In this document: positions 42,446 through 52,414 of the stretch, piece after piece | Layout: every line of letters starts with the position of its first letter | Numbering within the stretch: position 1 is the first letter of the stretch | Source of the DNA: an uncultured Pelagibacteraceae bacterium | GTDB lineage: Bacteria > Pseudomonadota > Alphaproteobacteria > Pelagibacterales > Pelagibacteraceae | Assembly (NCBI GenBank): GCA_902591045.1 | Contig: CACIZC010000003.1 | Location: 29,568-93,567, forward strand | Direction of reading: 5' to 3' | DNA: 64,000 nucleotides | Translations under genes and position numbers: made by a program | The notes under the pieces: model-generated | Databases searched by the model: none | What the model saw: only the letters and a program-made list of their open reading frames with translations | What the model was told of the DNA's origin: nothing

Positions 42446-44032
42446 TTAATGCATTTCGTCGGCAACACTTTTGTTGTTATCTAAATCTTGAAAAGCTTCT
42501 ATACCACCATGAGGATCTGCGTCTGGCTTAGGCATAAACTTTTCTAAAAATTCTTTTTTTAATTCATTAAAAATTTTAATTCCCTCTTTATCAGTTTGCT
42601 CTGCTCTTTCGATTTCCTTCCATCTATTTTTTGGAAATTTTATGTACATAGAAAAACATTTTTTTACCGCTTCTATCTCATGTCGAGGATAATAAGGCAT
42701 GTCCAATATCGATTCCCCTGTAATACACTTGGTAATTTTATCAGGTGTTATTAAACCTAAGTCTTCACACATTTTACGAAGTGGAGTACCGTGAAAAGGC
42801 ATAAATGCATTTATGGTTGCGTTGTCTGCGTTTAATTCTCTATTGAGTTCAATAGTATCAAATGCAAGTTTTCTAGTTTCGGTAGGAAATCCTGTAATGT
42901 TATTACAACTAAAAGAGATGCCATACTTGTGTGGAATTTTTAGTTTTGCAATTATATCTTTGTTCTTCCATCTTCTATCAAGAATTTTTTTTCTAAACTC
43001 CTCATTACCATGCTCTATTCCAAAAGATATTCTATGCAAACCAACTTCTGCTAATTTTTTCATATTATAATCAGTTACTGTCTCGGGTCTAGTTTGCATC
43101 CAAAAAGGTAATTTTATATCAGAGTACATTTCGCAGAATTCATCAAATTCCTTTGCGTTCATTGCTAAAAATGTATCTGCCCAAAAATAATTATATTCAA
43201 CTCCGTGATTTTCCTTAAAATATTTAAGCTCTTTATAAACTAAATCCATGGATTTTTTTCTGAAATAACCTCCTTTGGTATTTTTTTTATAGAGGTTCAT
43301 TTGATCTGGTGAATTACAAAAAGTACATGTATATGGACATCCTCTTATTGTTTCAACTGGGAACATTTTATAGACTTTTCCCATCATGGGTCGATAAAGT
43401 CTGTTCTCTTCGAATATACTAATATCAATTTTTGGAGAACTATTTATATCTACTGGTTTTGAAATCGAATTTTTTCTTATGACCTTTCCATCTTTTTTAA
43501 CCCAAAGATTTGTTACATTTAAATAATCTTCTTTCTTTTCAATTTTTTCACATAAATCAATTAGAGCATTCTCACCTTCACCGACGCAAACTAGATCAAC
43601 TAATTCTTCTTTGGAGCAGATTTCTGGAGCAAATGTAGGGAATACACCTCCAACAACAACTGGAACATCATTTTTAACTTTATATTCTTTTGCTTGTTTT
43701 AATATTTTTACACCAAGTTCCCACATGTCCTCTGTGGAAGACATGGCTATTAAATCTGGTTTAAAATCATTTAATTGTTTTTTTAAATCTTCTTTCCAAT
43801 CTGTATTTTTAATTCTTATGTCTCTTGAGCCCATGCTAAAAGGAACAACATTTAGTCTGTCCATTTTTGCTCCATCAGCATCAATACCAAAATCAACTGC
43901 ATAATAAGTAGTGTCAAATACCTGGATTTGATTTCCTTTTGATTTTAGTAAAGAAGAAAAGATAGCTATCGCAGGCGGAAGCATGTTCATGCCGTAAGTA
44001 TTTGGATAAATAAATAAAACCTTAATTCCCAT
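42446..44032 (-). CDS. B12-binding-domain radical SAM protein (class B-like)
   Basis: 528 aa. N-terminal KVLFIYPN...PPAIAIFSSLLKSKGNQIQVFDT is typical of the cobalamin-binding-like domain. Has the CX3CX2C motif RGCPYTCTFCNSP. Confidence 0.8.
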   Translation of the reverse strand: MGIKVLFIYPNTYGMNMLPPAIAIFSSLLKSKGNQIQVFDTTYYAVDFGIDADGAKMDRLNVVPFSMGSRDIRIKNTDWKEDLKKQLNDFKPDLIAMSSTEDMWELGVKILKQAKEYKVKNDVPVVVGGVFPTFAPEICSKEELVDLVCVGEGENALIDLCEKIEKKEDYLNVTNLWVKKDGKVIRKNSISKPVDINSSPKIDISIFEENRLYRPMMGKVYKMFPVETIRGCPYTCTFCNSPDQMNLYKKNTKGGYFRKKSMDLVYKELKYFKENHGVEYNYFWADTFLAMNAKEFDEFCEMYSDIKLPFWMQTRPETVTDYNMKKLAEVGLHRISFGIEHGNEEFRKKILDRRWKNKDIIAKLKIPHKYGISFSCNNITGFPTETRKLAFDTIELNRELNADNATINAFMPFHGTPLRKMCEDLGLITPDKITKCITGESILDMPYYPRHEIEAVKKCFSMYIKFPKNRWKEIERAEQTDKEGIKIFNELKKEFLEKFMPKPDADPHGGIEAFQDLDNNKSVADEMH

Positions 44033-44130
44033 AAATTTATATATTATAATTAATTTTCTATTGTTACCTCATGTAGGAAAAAACTACAATATTTAGCTGA
44101 AATAGATTGTAATTCTTCACAATCATACTG

Positions 44131-44205
44131 TGGTGGGCGTGATAAGAATCGAACTTATGGCCTCTACGATGTCAACGTAGCGTTCTACCATTGAACTACA
44201 CGCCC
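44131..44205 (-). tRNA. tRNA-Val (anticodon GAC)
   Basis: Reverse complement GGGCGTGTAGTTCAATGGTAGAACGCTACGTTGACATCGTAGAGGCCATAAGTTCGATTCTTATCACGCCCACCA is a 75-nt cloverleaf. Anticodon loop TTGACAT, encoded CCA. Confidence 0.9.
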
Positions 44206-44256
44206 AATTTCAAATTGTTTTTTTTTAACAATTATTTGATATAACATACTATCTTC

Positions 44257-45414
44257 ATGCAAAAAATACTAATTGTCTCATCTAAAGGTTTATCATCAAA
44301 AAAGTTTGATGGTGGAGAAAAAAGAATTTTTGACATTGCAAGATTTTTGTCTAAAAAAAATAAAATAGATTTTGTATGTGCTGGTAATGATCAAATAAAA
44401 AAAAGTGGTGACTTAAGTTTTCTTAATGAAATTAGAGTTTTCAAAATTAATTTTATTAATAGAATTTTAAATACATTAATTTCTGTTTTAAATTTAAAAC
44501 CTGCTCAACTTGGATTCTTTTTTTCCAAAGACATGAAGAGCTTCGTTTTAGAAAATCATAATCATTATGACACAATCATTTTCCATTTAATAAGGTCAGC
44601 ACAATATCTTCCTGATGACTATACAGGAAAAAAAATTTTGGAAATGACAGATCTTGGGTCATACAATTATGAAATGACAATCAATGAATTATCGTTGTTA
44701 AATCCAATGAAATATATTTACTTTCTGGAAAACATTTTATTAAAAAAGTATGAAAAAGAAGTTTCAAACCTTTTCGATAAGGTTGTTTTTATATCAAAAA
44801 AAGAATTTTTTTTAGCAAAAAAAATATTAAATAAAAATAAAATTGTATGCATAGGAAACATGTATGAAGTTAAAAAAAAAGTTTTCAAATTCAAATCAAA
44901 TAATTACAAAATATTGTTTGTTGGTAATATTGGTTATTTTCCAAACAAAATTGCTTGTTACAATTTTTCAAAAAATATTTTACCTAAATTGAATTCTAAA
45001 TTACCTAAAGCTGAATTTAATATTGTTGGAAAAATAAATTTTATAGACAAATTTTTTATGAGTTTTTTCGAAAATGTTAAAGTTCATGGTCCTGTTGACA
45101 AACTTGATAATATTGTAAAAAATAGTATTTGTGGCATATGTAATCTGAAAAATTCAACAGGGGTTCAAAATAAGATATTCACCTACATGAGTTATGCGTT
45201 GCCAGCTGTTGTTAATAAAAAATCTGATCCTAAAAACTTAATTGGAAATAAAGATATAATACTTTACAAAAATGACGATCAATTAATTAAATACATTTCT
45301 TTTTTGGCAAAAAATAAAAAACTATCGAATAAAATATCAAAAAATGGTTTTAATGTTTTAAAAAATAAGTTTAAATTATCTAGGGCTTATGCTAACTACT
45401 ATAAGATTGTGTAA
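44257..45414 (+). CDS. glycosyltransferase, GT-B fold (GT4-like)
   Basis: 385 aa. The C-terminal half resembles GT1/GT4 nucleotide-sugar-binding domains (ILFVGNIGYFPN...; GVQNKIFTYMSYALPAVV). Confidence 0.6.
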   Translation: MQKILIVSSKGLSSKKFDGGEKRIFDIARFLSKKNKIDFVCAGNDQIKKSGDLSFLNEIRVFKINFINRILNTLISVLNLKPAQLGFFFSKDMKSFVLENHNHYDTIIFHLIRSAQYLPDDYTGKKILEMTDLGSYNYEMTINELSLLNPMKYIYFLENILLKKYEKEVSNLFDKVVFISKKEFFLAKKILNKNKIVCIGNMYEVKKKVFKFKSNNYKILFVGNIGYFPNKIACYNFSKNILPKLNSKLPKAEFNIVGKINFIDKFFMSFFENVKVHGPVDKLDNIVKNSICGICNLKNSTGVQNKIFTYMSYALPAVVNKKSDPKNLIGNKDIILYKNDDQLIKYISFLAKNKKLSNKISKNGFNVLKNKFKLSRAYANYYKIV

Positions 45415-45424
45415 AGTATATTAA

Positions 45425-46810
45425 ATGCAATTAAAAAAAATTTCCAACTTAAATCATAAATATTTAAATTATTTAGTTTTTTTATTTCCTTTATCTTTTG
45501 TTTTTGGAAACTTATTTATAAATTTAGAAATTGTTTTAATTTCTATATTAGGATTATTTCTTTACAAAAAAGATATATTCGATCTTAAAAATAATTTAAC
45601 TTTAAAAATATTAATTTTATTTTTTGTGGCAATCATTTTATCTACGCTAATAAATTTAAATGAAAATTTTCTTAAATCTATTTTATTTTCTAGATACTTA
45701 ATTTTTGCAATGGTGTTGAGTTGTGCGGTTAAAAAAAATCACATTAACTTTAAAACTTTATTTCTATCCTGTTTAATTCTAACAGCAATCATTTCTTTTG
45801 ATGTTGTCTTCCAATATATTGTTGGAAAAAATATTTTAGGCTTTCCGTCATCAACCTTTCATAACTCAAGTATATTTGGAAATGAACTTATCAGTGGAGG
45901 TTACATTCAAAAATTTGGAATTATGGGTATTTTTTTTGCTGCAATATTTTTTCTTAAAGAAAAAAACATAAAATCCTCAACCGGTTTTGTTTTGATTTCG
46001 TCTTTAATAATTTCCGGTGTAATGCTTTCGGGAAATAGAATGTCTTTATTATTGATGTTAGTTTTTCTCGTGTTAGCAATAATATTAATCAAAGAATTAA
46101 GATATCACCTTATTGCTACTTTATTAATAATCTCTTCAGTTTTTTATACTGTTTTGAATACAAACGAAAATTATAAAATGCACTATGGAAGTTTTTATGG
46201 AAATGGTTTGGCTGTATTTGGATATGTAAAAGATGAACTTTTAAGAGGTCCTTATCCCGAGCTTGAAGAAAAAATTAAAATGTTCGATGTTGAAAAAGAT
46301 AGGAAAGAGTTTGAAAAAAAATTTTATTCTTTAAAATATAGAGGGGAGTTTTTAGGAGAAAATTATGAGTTGATACCCTTTGGAAGTGGGCACTCGATAA
46401 TTTTTATTACTGCAATAGACACTTGGTTAGACAAACCAATAATTGGAAATGGAATAAAATCTTTCAGAATAACTTGTTTGCATAAATCACATCTTCCCAA
46501 TCGTACGTGCCAAAGTCATCCACATAATTATTATTTAGATCTATTAAATGATGGTGGTTTGATAGGAACATTTTTAATGATGGTTGTAATAATTTATCTT
46601 ACTATTAAAAAATTTTGGGATCATGTTCGTTTAAAAATAAGATATACAGATAATTTGATTTTTTATGGAATATATCTTACTTTTTTTTTAGAAATGTTTC
46701 CAATAAGAAGCTCGGGAAGTTTTTTTTCAACTTATAGTGCTGCATTTATTTTCTTTCTAATTGGTTTGTTTCTTAATATTAATTTAATACTAAAAAAAAT
46801 TAATTCCTAA
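45425..46810 (+). CDS. O-antigen ligase/polymerase family membrane protein (Wzy_C domain)
   Basis: 461 aa with at least 10 hydrophobic spans. Loop motif GSGHS...GNGIKSF...HPHNYYLDLLNDGGLIG is typical of WaaL/Wzy proteins. Confidence 0.7.
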   Translation: MQLKKISNLNHKYLNYLVFLFPLSFVFGNLFINLEIVLISILGLFLYKKDIFDLKNNLTLKILILFFVAIILSTLINLNENFLKSILFSRYLIFAMVLSCAVKKNHINFKTLFLSCLILTAIISFDVVFQYIVGKNILGFPSSTFHNSSIFGNELISGGYIQKFGIMGIFFAAIFFLKEKNIKSSTGFVLISSLIISGVMLSGNRMSLLLMLVFLVLAIILIKELRYHLIATLLIISSVFYTVLNTNENYKMHYGSFYGNGLAVFGYVKDELLRGPYPELEEKIKMFDVEKDRKEFEKKFYSLKYRGEFLGENYELIPFGSGHSIIFITAIDTWLDKPIIGNGIKSFRITCLHKSHLPNRTCQSHPHNYYLDLLNDGGLIGTFLMMVVIIYLTIKKFWDHVRLKIRYTDNLIFYGIYLTFFLEMFPIRSSGSFFSTYSAAFIFFLIGLFLNINLILKKINS

Positions 46811-47816
46811 AAATCTTATTTAATTGTTTTTCAAAATCTGATCTGGTTGGAAGATTATTTTTTCCCATATCATCAAAAATTGAAGAATAATTAGAAATTA
46901 TTTTATTTATCAATATAAGTAGATTTTCAGGATCTCGGTTTGATATAAATACACCTTTATAATTTTTTTTTACATGTTCAATTTCATTAAAAATGATAAC
47001 AGGTCTTCTTCTTGCCAGGCTTTCAATTAGAACTTGGGGATACCCCTCTGTATAAGATGGCAGAATAAGTATGGCATGTTCATCATATTTTTTAATTAAA
47101 TCTTCTTTTTCTGAAATAGACCTTAAAAAACTTATATTATTACTAAAATTATTTATTTTTTTTCCTTTTCCAATAATAGTGAGAGAGAGAGATTTTTTAT
47201 CATAAATTTTTTTGAATATTTCTATTAATGAAAAAATTCCTTTTTCAATTTTAACTCGACCAATATATAAAAGTTTAATTTTATCAAATTTAGGATAAGA
47301 AGTATTCTCAAACCATTTATTGTCTAGTTGAGACGGTGTAACTAAATGATAGTGCTTTTTTTTAATAATTGTCTTATTTACAGCAATAACCTCAGAAAAG
47401 CTCATCATTATTAACTCTAATATTTTAAATATAAATGACGCTGGCTTACCAAGAATTTGTGTTGTTTCTTTTTTAACATCGCTTCTAAGATAAAGAAAAA
47501 TTTTTCTTCTAAACAAAAATAAAATAATAAAAGATAGAAAAGTATATGGTGTAACTGAGACTATCAAATAGTCTGATTTATTTTTAAATATAGATCTTAA
47601 AACGCTCCTTAAAAATAAAAAAATGTTTGAAGAGAGAGATACATTTTTACTTTGAATTTTATGAATTGGCTCAATTTTTGACTCTCGTAATATAAAATTA
47701 ACTTTTAAATCATTTCTAAACATTTGTGATAATGACTTTATCTCAATGTTTTCACAAAAAATTTCTCCATTTATCTTTGTACATTTTTCATTATTAATTA
47801 TTATTAAATTTTTCAT
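46800..47816 (-). CDS. glycosyltransferase family 4
   Basis: 338 aa with LLYIGRVKIEKG and PSYTEGYPQVLIESLARRRPVI (the EX7E-type motif). Confidence 0.75.
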   Translation of the reverse strand: MKNLIIINNEKCTKINGEIFCENIEIKSLSQMFRNDLKVNFILRESKIEPIHKIQSKNVSLSSNIFLFLRSVLRSIFKNKSDYLIVSVTPYTFLSFIILFLFRRKIFLYLRSDVKKETTQILGKPASFIFKILELIMMSFSEVIAVNKTIIKKKHYHLVTPSQLDNKWFENTSYPKFDKIKLLYIGRVKIEKGIFSLIEIFKKIYDKKSLSLTIIGKGKKINNFSNNISFLRSISEKEDLIKKYDEHAILILPSYTEGYPQVLIESLARRRPVIIFNEIEHVKKNYKGVFISNRDPENLLILINKIISNYSSIFDDMGKNNLPTRSDFEKQLNKIFRN

Positions 47817-47832
47817 AGTTTTTCTCTGGCTT

Positions 47833-48705
47833 CTATTTAATTTTAAATAATAAAAACAAGATAAATTTATATTTTTTAATATTGAATGGGGGTTTCAATA
47901 TCTCCTTTAAAGCAAGAAATTTATTGTTATTAAATAAATTTTGCTTAATTTTTAAAGTTTGTAAATTATAAATCACTCCTTTTATAGAATAACTTGAAAA
48001 CTTGTTTAATTTTCTTATCTTTTTTAACCAATTTTCTATTTCTTTAATTTGAAGATCAATTTTTCTAATTGATAAATTTTTTTTGTGTAATCTATAATAT
48101 GCTAAAGGTTCTTGGTTGCATTCAAAGTTATATCTTAAACTTAAATTTAAAAAAAAATCAAAGTCTCCTATGATTTCGTATTCCTTATCAAAAAGTTGTT
48201 TTTCGAAAATTTCTCTTCTTATTAAAACAGTCAATATTCCTATAGAGTAAAAATCGAGTAAATGTTGAGTTGTTTTTCCTGAAGGTAATTTTTTCTTTGA
48301 AAAAAATTTTTTTTTTTTTGTATTATCATCAAAAATAAAATGATTAGAATAAACTAAAGCTAAGTTTTCCTTGCTTAAAATTAAATTAATTTGCTTTTCT
48401 AATTTTTCTTTTATCCACCAATCATCTGTGTCTAAAAAACATACAAATTTTCCTGTGGCTTTACTGATAGCATGATTTCTTGCGTCATAAAGATTTAAAA
48501 ACTTATCACTTTTGAAATATTTAATTCTTTTATCTGTAAATTTATTAAGAATTTTTTTGCTATTATCTGTAGAATTGTTATCCCAAAAAATGAGTTCCCA
48601 ATTTTTATAAGTTTGATCAATAACGCTTTCAATTGCATTATGCAGATAAGTTTCGCCATTGTGACAATTCATCACCACACTTACTAAAGGATTGTTTTTT
48701 TGCAT
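47833..48705 (-). CDS. glycosyltransferase family 2
   Basis: 290 aa with VSVVMNCHNGETYLHNAIESVIDQTY, DNNSTDNS and FLDTDDWW. Contains a 13-nt A homopolymer on the coding strand. Confidence 0.88.
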   Translation of the reverse strand: MQKNNPLVSVVMNCHNGETYLHNAIESVIDQTYKNWELIFWDNNSTDNSKKILNKFTDKRIKYFKSDKFLNLYDARNHAISKATGKFVCFLDTDDWWIKEKLEKQINLILSKENLALVYSNHFIFDDNTKKKKFFSKKKLPSGKTTQHLLDFYSIGILTVLIRREIFEKQLFDKEYEIIGDFDFFLNLSLRYNFECNQEPLAYYRLHKKNLSIRKIDLQIKEIENWLKKIRKLNKFSSYSIKGVIYNLQTLKIKQNLFNNNKFLALKEILKPPFNIKKYKFILFLLFKIK

Positions 48706-48724
48706 TAATAAAAAATAAAATTAT

Positions 48725-50062
48725 CTATGTGATGTATTTTTCTTCAAAAATTTTATTGCTTTCCGAAAGCAATATTAAATTTCCTTTTTTAGACAGAGTA
48801 TATTTAAATGCATTTTCATTTAATCTTTCCACTTTGAGACTGGGCCATAAAGCACTTGAATAACTTTGAAAAACAGGATCGTCGCAAACATGTACGACTT
48901 CGGAACCTCTTTCTAAAGCTTCTATAGGTCCTGATGTTGATCCAATAAAAATTGAAAGGTTGCTATTATTATTTTTTTGAGAATCTTTATATTGAAGCAA
49001 AATATTATTAATTTTATTTTTTAATTTCAAATGTTCTTTAGAATTTTTCTGTAATGCATGATTTTTTACTACAAGATTTAATGAGTATTTGTCTTTATTT
49101 TTTTCAAAAAATTTTTTTAAAGAATTAAAGATAGTTTCAGATGAATATAAAGAAAAAGGCAAATAAATACGTCCGGACATATTCGCTGCATTTTTTGAGT
49201 ATCTGGTTGATGGTAAAATATTTAAACAATCTTCTCTCCAATTTAAATGTTTTTTGAAGCAATGGAGTTGATCATTTCCATTAATTATTAGTTTATCTGG
49301 TGATCCATCTCTAAAAATATAATTTGTTGGAAGACCAACTGGAAAGGCATGCACATAACCTATTGTTTTTATTTTTTTGTTTATTTTTTTAGTCTCTTTA
49401 AAAATTTTATTTTGGAAAGGTTGTCCCTCATAAGGCATAATAATTTTTTTAGTTTTATTTGAAATAAAATTTTTAAGCTCTATAAATACTAAATTTGAAA
49501 AAATGGTTGCTTGAGTAATATTATGAAATATTTTCCTTAGAGAAAAACGGGCTCTAAGAATTTCTAATGTTAAATTTTTTAATAAATAAAAAAAATTATA
49601 TTTTGATTTTGTTTTTGATTTTGTAAAAACTAATACATTGCTATTTACTTTTTCTGGAAATATATCTTCTGTACAAATTAAAAACCAAAGAGTTCCTTCT
49701 GTTTCTTTAGAATTTATTTTAAAATATCTATCGGTATACGAACCATCAGAATTAAATCCGTCTTTTACGCCCCATGACACAATAATTTTATCATATTTAT
49801 CAATAAATTTTGACTTATTAATCAAAATATAATTATGCAATGTGGAAATAGAAATCACATCTTTTATAACAATCTTTACAGATTTAAATATATTTTTAAA
49901 TTTTCCATGCCAAGATTTAAGTATTATGTATCCAGGACTTAAGGTCCAAGAACATAAAAAACATCTGCCGCTGTTATAAACATTGATATTGCTCTCGCTG
50001 TTAGCTTTGAGATATTCCTTTCCTTTTTCAATTAATTTTAATTGAATATCACCGACTGTCAT
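48725..50062 (-). CDS. hypothetical protein of the glycan island (possibly GT-B-like)
   Basis: 445-aa ORF overlapped by or tightly packed against its neighbours. I recognise no catalytic motif; a weak Rossmann-like segment is FIGSTSGPIEALERGSEVVHV. Confidence 0.4.
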   Translation of the reverse strand: MTVGDIQLKLIEKGKEYLKANSESNINVYNSGRCFLCSWTLSPGYIILKSWHGKFKNIFKSVKIVIKDVISISTLHNYILINKSKFIDKYDKIIVSWGVKDGFNSDGSYTDRYFKINSKETEGTLWFLICTEDIFPEKVNSNVLVFTKSKTKSKYNFFYLLKNLTLEILRARFSLRKIFHNITQATIFSNLVFIELKNFISNKTKKIIMPYEGQPFQNKIFKETKKINKKIKTIGYVHAFPVGLPTNYIFRDGSPDKLIINGNDQLHCFKKHLNWREDCLNILPSTRYSKNAANMSGRIYLPFSLYSSETIFNSLKKFFEKNKDKYSLNLVVKNHALQKNSKEHLKLKNKINNILLQYKDSQKNNNSNLSIFIGSTSGPIEALERGSEVVHVCDDPVFQSYSSALWPSLKVERLNENAFKYTLSKKGNLILLSESNKIFEEKYIT

Positions 50063-50969
50063 TTTTATAATAACGAATTGTTTGCAAAATACCTTTTTTA
50101 AATAATATTTTTGGTTTCCACTGAATCTTTTTTCTTGCTTTTTTTATGTTCGGATACATTTTTAATATTTCATCTTTTCTTAATTTAATTTTTCCAAATT
50201 CAGGTTTTCCACCATTTAAAGTTGTGCTGACATAATTTATAATTTTTTTTAATTTTAAAGGTTTTCCTGAACCAATATTTATTATTTCACCTCTGGCTTT
50301 TTTAATTTTGATGGATTTCATTATTGCATCAACCACATCATTAACATGAACAAAATCTCTCAATTGATTTCCTTCTGAACAAGCAAAAGTTTTATCTTTG
50401 ATACAGCTTTTTATAATAATTGGTAAAAAACGATTTTCGTCTTGTTTGGGGCCGTAAGAAAGATATAATCTCAAAATTGTGGCGGGAAATCTTTTTTTTT
50501 TAAAAAGTTTAATAAGATAAATGGTAGATAAAAGCTTTGCTTTGCCATAAACCGATTTTACAAATTTAGGTTTACAAAAAAAATTTTCTCTATGTGGAGA
50601 TCTAAAGTGTCCATACTCAATACTGCTGCCCATTTGAATAAAAGCTGAGGGAGGTTTTTTTAAAAAAATTTCAGCTAGATTTTTACAACCAAGGTAATGG
50701 CTTTTAAAGGTTTTTTGTTTTTTTGAATGATCAACATATCCACCTAAATTAACTACGTATTCGAATTTTTTTTTTATATTTTTTTCTAGTTTTTTTTTGT
50801 TGCAAATGTCACAAAAAATATATTTGACCCTAGATAAATATCTTATTTTTTTTGGTGGGCTTGTGGAAATACTTGTAACTTTTAAACCTTTTGACAATGA
50901 CTTTTTTGCAAGATGATAACCAATAAACCCGGTTCCCCCGACAATCAAGATATTTTTTTTTGAGCTCAA
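50049..50969 (-). CDS. NAD-dependent sugar epimerase/dehydratase (extended SDR)
   Basis: 306 aa with ILIVGGTGFIGYHL and YGKAK (YxxxK). Confidence 0.85.
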   Translation of the reverse strand: MSSKKNILIVGGTGFIGYHLAKKSLSKGLKVTSISTSPPKKIRYLSRVKYIFCDICNKKKLEKNIKKKFEYVVNLGGYVDHSKKQKTFKSHYLGCKNLAEIFLKKPPSAFIQMGSSIEYGHFRSPHRENFFCKPKFVKSVYGKAKLLSTIYLIKLFKKKRFPATILRLYLSYGPKQDENRFLPIIIKSCIKDKTFACSEGNQLRDFVHVNDVVDAIMKSIKIKKARGEIINIGSGKPLKLKKIINYVSTTLNGGKPEFGKIKLRKDEILKMYPNIKKARKKIQWKPKILFKKGILQTIRYYKNDSR

Positions 50970-51658
50970 AATTTTATTTTTTTACTTTTAAGAATTGAGT
51001 TTAAATAATCTTTATCTCTTTTGGTATCCATGCATTGCCAAAAACCTTTGTGCTTAAAAGCAAGTAGCTGCTTTTTTTTTGTTATCTTTTCTAAAGGTTC
51101 TCTTTCAAGATAAGTTTTATCGTTTTTGATAAACTTAAAAAAACTTGGTTCCATAACAAAGAAACCTCCATTTATCCAACTTTCATCTAATTTTGATTTT
51201 TCCTTAAAATACTTAACTTTGTTACCAAAAAATTTTATTGCCCCAAATCTTGCTGGAGGTCTTACTGCTGTCAAAGTAACAAGTCTTTTATTTTTTTTGT
51301 GAAATCTTAATAATTTTTTAATATTTACATCGGATAATCCATCGCCATAGGTCATCATGAAAGTTTCGTTTCCTATATGTTTTTGCATTCTTTTCAATCT
51401 ACCACCCGTCATAGTTTTTGTTCCAGTATCGATAAGATTTACATTCCAGTTGAAAAAATTTTTTTTAAAGAATTTTTTTATAATTTCCCCTTTATAACCA
51501 AGTGCTATATAAAAATCTTTAAATCCATAGTTTGAATAATGTTTCATAATATGAAAAATTATAGGTTTTCCTCCTACGTTGATCATTGGTTTCGGGATGG
51601 TTTTGGTATACTCCGAAAGTCTAGTACCATAACCTCCGGCTAATATTACAACTTTCAT
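50966..51658 (-). CDS. rfbF: glucose-1-phosphate cytidylyltransferase
   Basis: MKVVILAGGYGTRLSEYTKTIPKPMINVGGKPI and ...FWQCMDTKRDKDYL are characteristic of RfbF. At 230 aa it is slightly short. Confidence 0.85.
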   Translation of the reverse strand: MKVVILAGGYGTRLSEYTKTIPKPMINVGGKPIIFHIMKHYSNYGFKDFYIALGYKGEIIKKFFKKNFFNWNVNLIDTGTKTMTGGRLKRMQKHIGNETFMMTYGDGLSDVNIKKLLRFHKKNKRLVTLTAVRPPARFGAIKFFGNKVKYFKEKSKLDESWINGGFFVMEPSFFKFIKNDKTYLEREPLEKITKKKQLLAFKHKGFWQCMDTKRDKDYLNSILKSKKIKF

Positions 51659-51682
51659 ATTTAAATATTTTCTTAAAATAAA

Positions 51683-52411
51683 CTATTCACCGCCAGCAAT
51701 AGTAATTACTTGGCCTGTAATATAAGTATTCTCTTCTGAACCTAAATTATAAACTAGTTTAGATATTTCATCAGTGGTTGCCATTCTATTCATAGGAACC
51801 ATTTTAATTCTTTTTTTCATACCAGAGTTAGTTCTTCTTGTGATTAAATTTTTGTGAAGTTTTGTATCAGTTAAACCAACTCGAATGGTATTTACTAGAA
51901 CATCGTTTTTGGCCCAAGTTTTTATTTTACTAGGAAAAAATTCTAGTCCATATTTTGATAGAGAATAACAAAAAGTTGATTGTCCTCCACCAAATTTTGA
52001 GCCGATAGAGCTTAGATGCACTATTCTTCCCCATTTATTTTTAAACATTCTTTCACCCAATAGTTTAGTAAGCATAACTCCAGGAAATAAATTAATCTTT
52101 ATTGTTTCATATAAATTTTTTAAAGAAAATTTTTCATACTTAATATCTTTTAAAACTGCAGCTGCATTTACAAAAACATCACAATTTTTAAAATCAGAAC
52201 TTTTCAAAAATTTATCAATTTTTTTCAAATTTGTGGAAAAATTAAATTTAATTTTCTTTACATTGTCATTTTGATCAACAACATCAAAAAAACTTTTTGA
52301 ACCTCTATTGTAATGAGCAATTATTTCATAATCGTTCTCTAAATATATTTTCATGATACTCAGACCGATATCTGAACTTGCTCCAAGTATAAAAATTTTT
52401 TTATTTTTCAT
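51683..52411 (-). CDS. short-chain dehydrogenase/reductase
   Basis: 242 aa with ILGASSDIG and YSLSK (YxxxK). Confidence 0.8.
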   Translation of the reverse strand: MKNKKIFILGASSDIGLSIMKIYLENDYEIIAHYNRGSKSFFDVVDQNDNVKKIKFNFSTNLKKIDKFLKSSDFKNCDVFVNAAAVLKDIKYEKFSLKNLYETIKINLFPGVMLTKLLGERMFKNKWGRIVHLSSIGSKFGGGQSTFCYSLSKYGLEFFPSKIKTWAKNDVLVNTIRVGLTDTKLHKNLITRRTNSGMKKRIKMVPMNRMATTDEISKLVYNLGSEENTYITGQVITIAGGE

Positions 52412-52414
52412 AAG

